NCBI GenBank assembly: GCA_964615845.1
Contig: CAZTRC010000003.1
Coordinates: 1 to 48,003, forward strand
Direction of reading: 5' to 3'
DNA from: an uncultured Candidatus Saccharibacteria bacterium
GTDB lineage: Bacteria > Patescibacteriota > Minisyncoccia > Phycocordibacterales > CSBR16-119
Length of the DNA: 48,003 nucleotides
Shown: piece by piece, positions 40,903 to 48,003 of the stretch
Layout: every line of letters begins with the position of its first letter
Position numbering within the stretch: position 1 is the first letter of the stretch
The notes under the pieces: model-generated
Seen by the model: the letters and a program-made list of their open reading frames with translations, nothing else
Databases searched by the model: none
What the model was told of the DNA's origin: nothing
Made by a program: the position numbers and the translations under genes

Positions 40903-41526
40903 ATGATTATCCAATATTTCGGCAAGCAGTTTTTCAAAATTTCCCAAGGCGATTTCACCGTGGCCGTGAATCCGATTTCCAAAGATTCTAAAGAATTCAA
41001 CAAAGCCAAATTTGGCTCGAACGCCGTTTTGGTGACCACCAATCATTCTGATTTTAACGGTATTGATTCCGCAACCTTTGGCGAGAGCATGCCTTTTGTT
41101 GTCGATGGTCCTGGCGAATATGAGGTTGGCGATATGTACGTCCAAGGCTTCGAATCTAAAGCCGAAATCGAAAAAAAGGATTATATCAACACCATTTACC
41201 TCATCACTTACGATGATATGAAAATCGTTTTCATCGGCGCACTTGCCAGCAAAGACTCCATTCCGAAAGCTTTTGTCGAAGCCGTCGATGAACCAGACCT
41301 CTTCTTTGTGCCGATTGGTGGCAAATCCACGATCGATGCCGCGACCGCCCAAAAGCTCGCAAACTCTTTTAATGCTAAAATGGTAGTGCCGATGGATTAC
41401 GATAAAGAGTCTCTGAAAGTCTTTTTGAAAGAAGCTGGCGCCGAAGGGGTCAAGCCTATCGACAAGCTCACAATCAAGAAAAAGGATTTTGTCGGCAAGA
41501 CGGGTGAGGTTATAATTTTTGAATAA
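40903..41526 (+). CDS. MBL-fold (beta-lactamase-fold, UPF0173-like) protein with a degenerate metal motif
   Basis: 207 aa. The N-terminus MIIQYFGKQFFKI...VAVNP resembles the family, but the HxHxDH position reads TNHSDF. The 305-aa antisense ORF is a shadow. Confidence 0.5.
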   Translation: MIIQYFGKQFFKISQGDFTVAVNPISKDSKEFNKAKFGSNAVLVTTNHSDFNGIDSATFGESMPFVVDGPGEYEVGDMYVQGFESKAEIEKKDYINTIYLITYDDMKIVFIGALASKDSIPKAFVEAVDEPDLFFVPIGGKSTIDAATAQKLANSFNAKMVVPMDYDKESLKVFLKEAGAEGVKPIDKLTIKKKDFVGKTGEVIIFE

Positions 41527-41527
41527 T

Positions 41528-41830
41528 ATGAAAGATATCTTACATAAGATGCGTTCGAAATCAGACGCGACCAAAAACAAACTGGCTATGGTTTTCGCCG
41601 CCGGGTTTACGTTTGTGATTGTCGGTATTTGGGTTTTGACGTTGCAAAATGGCAAGACTCCGGTCATCGTCCAAGAAAAGTCTGCGTCAGAAGATTTGCG
41701 ACCGCTTCGGCTTATTTTCCAAAACGCCAAAGACGGATTTAATGATATAAAATCAAACGCCAAGAATTACAAGGCAAGTAGTGCCGACGCCGACGAAGAT
41801 CCTGGCGTTCCGATTCCGCCGACAGAATAA
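41528..41830 (+). CDS. small membrane-anchored hypothetical protein (100 aa)
   Basis: The ATG at 41528 is 1 nt after the upstream stop. The TM helix is [19 protein letters not shown]. Confidence 0.55.
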   Translation: MKDILHKMRSKSDATKNKLAMVFAAGFTFVIVGIWVLTLQNGKTPVIVQEKSASEDLRPLRLIFQNAKDGFNDIKSNAKNYKASSADADEDPGVPIPPTE

Positions 41831-41832
41831 TT

Positions 41833-44292
41833 ATGTCTAAACAAGAAAATCCAAAAGAAGAAATCATCACCGATAGAATCACGCCTTCAAACATTGTGAC
41901 CGAAATGAAGACGTCGTATTTGGCCTACGCCATGTCGGTCATTACTTCACGCGCCTTGCCAGATGTACGCGATGGCTTGAAGCCGGTGCATCGCCGTATC
42001 CTTTATGCTATGCATAAAATGGGACTCACTTCGTCGGCCAAATTCACCAAGTCCGCTAGAATTGTCGGAGAAGTCCTCGGTAAATATCACCCGCACGGCG
42101 ATTCTTCGGTCTATGATGCCATGGTTGGTAGCGCGCAGGAGTTTTCATACAGATATCCTTTGGTTTTGGGTCAGGGTAACTTCGGTTCGATTGACGGAGA
42201 CTCGGCTGCGGCGATGCGTTATACCGAAGCCAAGATGTCAAAGATTTCTGGCGATCTTTTGCGCGACATTGAGAAAAACACTGTAGACTTCCGTCCGAAC
42301 TACGACAACACCTTGAAAGAGCCGATTGTCTTGCCGGCGGCCGTGCCTGCGCTCCTCCTGAACGGCACACTCGGCATCGCTGTCGGTATGGCGACAAATA
42401 TTCCACCGCATAATTTGCGCGAAGTCGTCGACGCCACGATTCACCTCATAGACAATCCGAAAGCGACGACCGAAGATTTGACTGAGTTTGTCCAGGCACC
42501 GGATTTCCCGACGGGTGGGCTTATCTACAACAAGAAAGACGTTTTGGCGGCGTACTCGACTGGCCGCGGAGGTGTGGTGACACGCGGTGAAGCCGAAATC
42601 ACCGAGACTAAGCCGGGCGTGTCTCAAATCATCATCAAATCCATTCCTTATCGCGTCAACAAGGCGAACCTCATCATGTCAATTGCTGACCTCGTGCGCG
42701 ACAAGAAAATTATCGGTCTCAAGGACCTTCGCGATGAATCAACCGACGAAATTCGTGTTGTTATCGAACTCAAAAACACTGCTCATCCGCAAAAGATTTT
42801 GAATTACTTGTACAAGCACACTCAGCTCGAACAGAATTTCAATTTCAACATGGTGGCTCTTGTCGACGGCGTGCCACAGACACTTTCACTCAAAGACTTT
42901 TTGTCCGAATTCATTTCCCATAGACAAATCGTGGTTAAACGCCGAGCTGAATTCGATCTCGACAAAGCGCTCGCGCGCGAACACATCTTGCTCGGTCTCA
43001 AGAAGGCGCTCGATCATATCGACGAAGTCATCAAGATCATCCGTGCTTCAAAAGATGTCACTGAGGCCAAACTAAATCTCATCAAGAAATTCAAATTCTC
43101 CGATCTTCAGGCGACGGCGATTCTCGAAATGCGCCTCCAGAAACTTGCCGGACTCGAGCGAAAAGCGATCGAAGAAGAACTGAAAGAAAAACAGAAAATT
43201 ATCGCGGATTTGCGCGATCTCTTGGCTAGCCCAAAAAAGATTTTGAAAGTTATTTCCGACGAACTCAAAGAAATTCGCGAAAAGCATGGCGATGACAGAC
43301 GGACAAAATTCGTAAAGGGTGGCGTCCGGGAAATTTCTGAAGAAGATCTCATCCCAGAAGGCGATTCAGTCCTAGTCTTCACCGCCGGCGGCTATGTCAA
43401 ACGCACTGACCCAAATGAATACAAGACTCAGAAAAGAGGCGGCGTCGGCGTTGTCGATCTCGAGACCAAAGAAGAAGACGTGGTCACGCATCTCCTCAAG
43501 ACTTCGACTCACAGCGACCTTCTCTTCTTCACCAATCTCGGCAAAGCTTATCAGCTCAAGATGTACGAAATTCCTGAAGGCCGAAGGGCAACCAAAGGCA
43601 AATCCGTCATGAATTTCCTTCAGCTTTCAGCAGAAGAAAAAGTCACTTCTATTGTCGCTCTGTCCAAAGACGCCAAGGCCATGAGTCCGTACTTACTTCT
43701 TGTCACCAAAAAGGGTGTGACTAAGAAAATGGCCTCAGAGAGCTTCAAAGATGTTCGACGTTCAGGACTTATCGCGATACGACTTGATAGCGGTGACGAA
43801 TTACACTCAGCAAATTTCCTAGATAAATCTGACGAAGTCATCATCGCGACGAAGATGGGTCAATCGATCCGTTTCAAAGAAGCTGATGTTCGTGAAATGG
43901 GACGTGGTGCCGGAGGTGTGCGTGGCATCAAGCTGGTCAAAGCCTCCGACAACATCGTCGGCGTCGGCATCATCAAAAAGTCTGACAAAGATATCAGTTT
44001 TATGGTCATTTCTGAAAATGGTTTGGGCAAGAGAAGTGAAATCGAAGAATACAAAACCCAAGGCCGTGGAGGATCAGGCGTCAAAACATTCAAAATCACT
44101 CCAAAGACCGGAAATGTCGTCGCCGCTGGAATCGTGACCGAAGAGCAGTCAGAACTAATCGCGATGTCTAAAAAGGGCCAAGTCATCCGCGTTGAAATCG
44201 ATGCCGTGCCGGTCCAATCCCGCTCGACTCAAGGCGTCAAAATCATGCGACCGAGAGAAGGAGACTCTGTGGCATCTGTTACTTTCTTATAA
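41833..44292 (+). CDS. gyrA: DNA gyrase subunit A
   Basis: 819 aa. [17 protein letters not shown], the QRDR region [16 protein letters not shown], the active-site AAMRYTE, and C-terminal beta-pinwheel repeats are present. Confidence 0.97.
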   Translation: MSKQENPKEEIITDRITPSNIVTEMKTSYLAYAMSVITSRALPDVRDGLKPVHRRILYAMHKMGLTSSAKFTKSARIVGEVLGKYHPHGDSSVYDAMVGSAQEFSYRYPLVLGQGNFGSIDGDSAAAMRYTEAKMSKISGDLLRDIEKNTVDFRPNYDNTLKEPIVLPAAVPALLLNGTLGIAVGMATNIPPHNLREVVDATIHLIDNPKATTEDLTEFVQAPDFPTGGLIYNKKDVLAAYSTGRGGVVTRGEAEITETKPGVSQIIIKSIPYRVNKANLIMSIADLVRDKKIIGLKDLRDESTDEIRVVIELKNTAHPQKILNYLYKHTQLEQNFNFNMVALVDGVPQTLSLKDFLSEFISHRQIVVKRRAEFDLDKALAREHILLGLKKALDHIDEVIKIIRASKDVTEAKLNLIKKFKFSDLQATAILEMRLQKLAGLERKAIEEELKEKQKIIADLRDLLASPKKILKVISDELKEIREKHGDDRRTKFVKGGVREISEEDLIPEGDSVLVFTAGGYVKRTDPNEYKTQKRGGVGVVDLETKEEDVVTHLLKTSTHSDLLFFTNLGKAYQLKMYEIPEGRRATKGKSVMNFLQLSAEEKVTSIVALSKDAKAMSPYLLLVTKKGVTKKMASESFKDVRRSGLIAIRLDSGDELHSANFLDKSDEVIIATKMGQSIRFKEADVREMGRGAGGVRGIKLVKASDNIVGVGIIKKSDKDISFMVISENGLGKRSEIEEYKTQGRGGSGVKTFKITPKTGNVVAAGIVTEEQSELIAMSKKGQVIRVEIDAVPVQSRSTQGVKIMRPREGDSVASVTFL

Positions 44293-44387
44293 GAGTGCTC
44301 CGCAAAACATGATTTTTTTGCTTCGCTTGGAAGTGATTGCGTTTTTCAACTTCCTGCTTACTGCTTTCTACTTTATACTTACTCAAT

Positions 44388-44921
44388 ATGATCGATGATC
44401 CAAAAAGAATTGTGCAAGATTTTGGAATAAGAGAGGGAAGCGTTGTGGCTGACCTCGGAGTTGGCTATGGACACTATGTCTATGCTTTGAGTGAGGCGGT
44501 CGGTGAGACCGGTAAGGTCTTTGCCATCGATGTGCAGAAGGTAATGATCGAACGCTTGAAGAAAGAAGTCGAAGAAAAAGGTGTCAAAAATATCGAAATC
44601 ATTTGGGGTGACATCGAGACGCTCGGCGGGACAAAATTGCGCGAAGCGTCCGTTGATGCGGTCATTGTCTCCAATGTCTTGTTTCAGATTGATTCCAAAG
44701 CCGGATTTGTGCAGGAGTGCGGACGGATCTTGAAGACGGGCGGCCGTCTTCTCCTCATTGACTGGCAAGAATCCTTTGGCGGCTTAGGACCACAAGTGAA
44801 CGCTGTTATTGATGAAGCGACAGCGGAGCGCATTTTCGAGACTGGACCGTTCGAATACAAAAAGCCGATTGACGCCGGCGAGCATCACTACGGCATGGTT
44901 TTTGAGAAAAAGAGTTTGTAG
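44388..44921 (+). CDS. class I SAM-dependent methyltransferase
   Basis: Motif I is VADLGVGYGHY, and post-I acidic and motif II/III spacing follow (VFAIDV...). The ATG at 44388 is preferred over the track start at 44337. Confidence 0.8.
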   Translation: MIDDPKRIVQDFGIREGSVVADLGVGYGHYVYALSEAVGETGKVFAIDVQKVMIERLKKEVEEKGVKNIEIIWGDIETLGGTKLREASVDAVIVSNVLFQIDSKAGFVQECGRILKTGGRLLLIDWQESFGGLGPQVNAVIDEATAERIFETGPFEYKKPIDAGEHHYGMVFEKKSL

Positions 44922-44927
44922 CATAAA

Positions 44928-45024
44928 CAAATCTGGAGTCGTATTTTCTGAGTGTCTGGTTGAGCCGCAAAAGACGCAGTCTGGCGGCGACCCGAGGACC
45001 GAAGAAAATACGACTCCAGATTTG
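44928..45024. repeat. long perfect hairpin with conserved split core, copy 2 (core inverted relative to copy 1)
   Basis: CAAATCTGGAGTCGTATTTTCT (44928-44949) is the exact reverse complement of 45003-45024. The reverse complement of the 53-nt interior is TCGGTCCTCGGGTCG-CCGC-CAGACTGCGTCTTTT-GCGG-CTCAACCAGACACTC. Confidence 0.9.
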
Positions 45025-45088
45025 CTAACAGTTTTAAGTTCACAATCCACTTAGTCTTTCGGCCTTTTTGACATACAATATATAAGGT

Positions 45089-46390
45089 ATGAAAGGATTT
45101 CAAATCGGCGTTCTTATTTTCTTTGGCGTTTTTGTCTTTTTAGGCGTTCTTATTTTTTCCGGCGCGATTAAATTACCATCGAAAGGGGGCGGTGATGCAC
45201 AAATTACAACCGGGGTGATCAAGATTTGGGGAACTGTTTCGAAGAAAAACCTATCAGCCGCGATTTCCTTCCTAAATAATCAAAACCCAAATACTGTAAT
45301 TATCTACGAAGAGAAGGACCCTCGTACATATAGCGACGACCTCCTAAATGCTTTTGCTTTTGGCGGTGTCCCCGATCTTTTTCTCTTGTCTCAAGATCTT
45401 ATAATTACTTACGAAGATAAAATAATTTCGATCCCCTTCGACTCTTTCCCAGAGAGAACATTCAATGACACGTATATTCGCGCAGCAGATGTCTTCAAGC
45501 GTCAAACAGGATTTCTAGGCTTTCCAATATTTTCTGATCCGCTTGTCATGTACTACAATCAAGATCTTTTGGAATCCGAAAACTTTACCGTACCACCAAA
45601 ATACTGGAAAGATTTACTCGAATACGTGCCTCGTTTAACTAAGAAAAATGACGCCTTGCAGATTTTGACTAGCGGTGTGGCTCTTGGTGAATTTTCAAAT
45701 ATTAAAAATGCCAAAGAAATATTTTTGGCTATGAATCTACAACTAAATAATCCTATCGTCGTTTTTGATTTAGAGAAAGGTTATATCCCCGTATTGAAAG
45801 AAGCTTCCGATGTTTCTGCTCGTCCAGCTATTCAATCTTTAAATTTTTTCAACGAATTTTCAAATCCCGTCAAAAGTGTCTATTCTTGGAACAAATCCAA
45901 ACCGAACTCACAAAATGCTTTTATCGCTGGTGATCTCGCCATTTACTTTGGCTTGTCTAGCGAATTCCGAAACATAGAGCAGAAAAATCCAAATCTTAAT
46001 TTTGACGTCGCCATGATTCCCCAAGTAGAAGAGCTTTCAAACAAAATTACTTACGCCGATGTCTATGCTTTGGCTATCCCTAAAAATACGACAAATGCTC
46101 AAATGGCCTTATCCGTTGCTGCCAACCTAGCTAATGGCGCGAACACTGCGGCGATTGTTGGTTCGAGCGGTTTTGCTCCAATGCGCCGTGACCTTGTCGG
46201 AAGTCCAGGGGGCAACACTTCAAATATTGTGTTCTACAACTCGGCTTTGAATTCCAGGTCTTGGTTTGATTTTAACGATGAAATGACAACGAATATATTT
46301 AGTCAAATGAATGAAAATGTCATTTCTGGTCTGGAAAGCCTGGACGATGCAGTTGATGCGGCTAATACTGAATTAAGAAAAACACGTTAA
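45089..46390 (+). CDS. membrane-anchored extracellular solute-binding protein (ABC SBP family 1-like)
   Basis: 433 aa with an N-terminal TM anchor. The two-lobe SBP-like sequence includes ...GFPIFSDPLVMYYNQDLLE.... There are no permease or ATPase genes in the window. Confidence 0.6.
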   Translation: MKGFQIGVLIFFGVFVFLGVLIFSGAIKLPSKGGGDAQITTGVIKIWGTVSKKNLSAAISFLNNQNPNTVIIYEEKDPRTYSDDLLNAFAFGGVPDLFLLSQDLIITYEDKIISIPFDSFPERTFNDTYIRAADVFKRQTGFLGFPIFSDPLVMYYNQDLLESENFTVPPKYWKDLLEYVPRLTKKNDALQILTSGVALGEFSNIKNAKEIFLAMNLQLNNPIVVFDLEKGYIPVLKEASDVSARPAIQSLNFFNEFSNPVKSVYSWNKSKPNSQNAFIAGDLAIYFGLSSEFRNIEQKNPNLNFDVAMIPQVEELSNKITYADVYALAIPKNTTNAQMALSVAANLANGANTAAIVGSSGFAPMRRDLVGSPGGNTSNIVFYNSALNSRSWFDFNDEMTTNIFSQMNENVISGLESLDDAVDAANTELRKTR

Positions 46391-46393
46391 TAA

Positions 46394-47902
46394 ATGATGA
46401 TAAAATACCTAAAATATTTTCTTGCACTCCTAGCGCTGTTGACGTTCTCTCCTTTTGCAAACGTCGAAGCGGCCATTCTTGACAACGGCTATCTTTTGAC
46501 CGAAGCCACGACCACTTCTGCGGCTCCGAATAGTCCAACGGGCAGCGCTACGCTAAAAGGCATACTTTATCCGCTTGTTCCAGGAGATAATCCTTCTGCC
46601 GCTCAAGTATATTTTGAGAGCCAAAAAGTTGGGACGACTGGGGTTGTATTGCATCCATATTTTTCATCTCTTGCAAATGGAAATTTTGAACAAACCATCG
46701 CTTCGCTTGATTGTGGCGCGACTTATAAATTCTGGATGTTCGAATTTCCGGGAGATACCTTGATTCAAGTTGATACCGTCGGCGGATCGCTTCAGCCAGG
46801 ATTTTCTTTGCCGGTTGTTTGCGCGAGTACTCCTCCGCCAGGATCTTCGAGCGACCAAATGGCGCCGGCGCTCGCTGGTGCTCAAGTGATTGCCGGAGTT
46901 AATTGGGGCAACGTTTCTGCAACCGATCACTCCATAAATATTAGTAACGCTCACATCATTCCGCTCGTATATGGCGGTTCTAAGACTTTCAAAGTTGAAT
47001 ACGGCACCGGCACTGCCAATGGCAACAACGAGCCTGCTGGAGGCGGCACCTTCCTTGGTTATAGCCAGAACATTACCAGGAATCCGCCATACAATTTCAG
47101 CCTCCAGATCGGTGCGCTGGCCCCAAACACCAGTTACTATTTTAATTTGTGGGAAATTAATGGCAACACCGAAGGCAATTTATTTGTCTATGGTTTCAAA
47201 CAAACAAGTCAGCTCACTGGTAGTCAGGGCCTCCTATATACTTTCCCTGATGCCACCTCTGTGCATGTCTACGGCAATCTCTTGAACGACGACGGCCAGG
47301 CACTCGCCGGACTTCCGATTGATATTGAAATTCGCGCGACCGAAGATCCGAACTCAACGCTCGTAAACAATATTTCAGTCGTCGTGGGCGGTAGCAACAT
47401 CATCAACGGTAACGGATTTTATGAATATACTTTTACCGGTCTTACGCCAAACACCATTTATTATCTTTTCTTGAGAAACTCTACGACCAACGCTCTCATT
47501 ATGGGGCCGGTCGAGTTCACCATGCCCTCGAGCTACACTCCGCCAACACCAACACCGTCGCCCAATACAACTTTTAGCGGTGGCTTGGTCGCTTGCGATG
47601 GAATTACTAACCCTTGTGATTTCAATAGCCTCATCGACTCTATCAATCGCGTTATCAATTTCTTGATCGTATTCGTGGCCTTTCCGGTCGTGGCGCTAGT
47701 CATCGCTTGGGCTGGTATCAAGCTCATCACCAGCGGCGGAAGTGAAGAAGCCAAGACTGGCGCCAAGAGTATAATCAAGAAAGTGTTGATAGGTTTTATT
47801 GTGGCGCTCCTTTGTTGGTCTATAATTAAACTTATCCTAGTGACGCTTGGCTATGTGCCGACGGGCACGCTTTGGAGTGTATTTGGAACAAGTCCTAATT
47901 AA
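46394..47902 (+). CDS. large secreted protein ending in a two-helix T4SS-pilin-like (TrbC/VirB2-like) membrane module
   Basis: It has a signal peptide and an ectodomain of about 400 aa rich in G/T/N/P. A Pro/Thr linker (YTPPTPTPSPNT) follows, then INFLIVFVAFPVVALVIAWAGIKLITSGGSEEAKTGAKSIIKKVLIGFIVALLCWSIIKLIL, which is the hairpin of two TM helices typical of VirB2-type pilins. Confidence 0.6.
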   Translation: MMIKYLKYFLALLALLTFSPFANVEAAILDNGYLLTEATTTSAAPNSPTGSATLKGILYPLVPGDNPSAAQVYFESQKVGTTGVVLHPYFSSLANGNFEQTIASLDCGATYKFWMFEFPGDTLIQVDTVGGSLQPGFSLPVVCASTPPPGSSSDQMAPALAGAQVIAGVNWGNVSATDHSINISNAHIIPLVYGGSKTFKVEYGTGTANGNNEPAGGGTFLGYSQNITRNPPYNFSLQIGALAPNTSYYFNLWEINGNTEGNLFVYGFKQTSQLTGSQGLLYTFPDATSVHVYGNLLNDDGQALAGLPIDIEIRATEDPNSTLVNNISVVVGGSNIINGNGFYEYTFTGLTPNTIYYLFLRNSTTNALIMGPVEFTMPSSYTPPTPTPSPNTTFSGGLVACDGITNPCDFNSLIDSINRVINFLIVFVAFPVVALVIAWAGIKLITSGGSEEAKTGAKSIIKKVLIGFIVALLCWSIIKLILVTLGYVPTGTLWSVFGTSPN

Positions 47903-47907
47903 ATTAT

Positions 47908-48003
47908 ATGAATGTTAAAGCTCAAAAAATTTATTTAAGCCTTCTCGCTCTCACCATCTTCGCGAGCGTTTCGATTTTTTCCGCGAGCGCTCAAACCGGC
48001 GGC
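47908..48003 (+). CDS. 5' end of a secreted protein CDS, truncated by the window edge
   Basis: The ATG at 47908 gives MNVKAQKIYLSLLALTIFASVSIFSASAQTGG..., a signal peptide. Confidence 0.5.
   Translation, partial: MNVKAQKIYLSLLALTIFASVSIFSASAQTGG

Noticed and set aside
1-48003. An alternative genetic code (UGA recoding, as in some CPR lineages), rRNA genes, transposases/IS elements, and prophage genes.
   Set aside because: Long motif-bearing ORFs end at TGA as well as at TAA and TAG with no in-frame TGA interruptions. No rRNA-like conserved stretches, DDE/serine/tyrosine recombinase motifs or phage structural genes were recognised.

Overview
This 48-kb window reads like a chromosome segment from a small-genome, Candidate Phyla Radiation (Patescibacteria, Parcubacteria-like) bacterium. 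That placement is an inference from gene content only. The standard genetic code fits, because TGA, TAA and TAG all terminate long ORFs. Housekeeping genes are densely packed: secA, dnaE, rnhB, truB, a Glu dehydrogenase, uppP, an SOS-box-controlled lexA operon, tRNA-Asn(GUU), hpf, the hisS-def-fmt operon, lepB, pth, rpsA, an ECF sigma factor with a putative anti-sigma partner, a family-4 UDG, ychF and gyrA. Between them lie lineage-specific membrane or secreted proteins: a VirD4/TraD-like ATPase, a lamin-tail-domain protein with a poly-Asp tract, a protein ending in a T4SS-pilin-like module, and a solute-binding protein. There are also several visibly GC-richer single-gene insertions, which throw long antisense shadow ORFs in the supplied track. 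I found no CRISPR array, no rRNA and no recognisable transposase. The most interesting unannotated signals are: (1) two copies, 31.6 kb apart and in opposite orientation, of a conserved split core (TCGGTCCTCGGGTCG ... CTCAACCAGACAC), each enclosed by unrelated but perfectly complementary 22-23 bp stems, plus a third long perfect hairpin with a different core; (2) a PaaX/Cas2-fold-like wHTH gene bracketed by two copies of a 36-bp nested palindrome; (3) GC-rich genes for secreted proteins that share an N-A-Q-T signal-peptide end, one of which carries a T9SS-type C-terminal sorting domain that is unexpected in this lineage; (4) two different stand-alone IMP-cyclohydrolase-type genes (PurO-like and the PurH N-domain) with no other purine genes nearby; and (5) several micro-ORFs below the ORF-track cutoff. 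All family calls come from motif recognition by eye. No database search was run.
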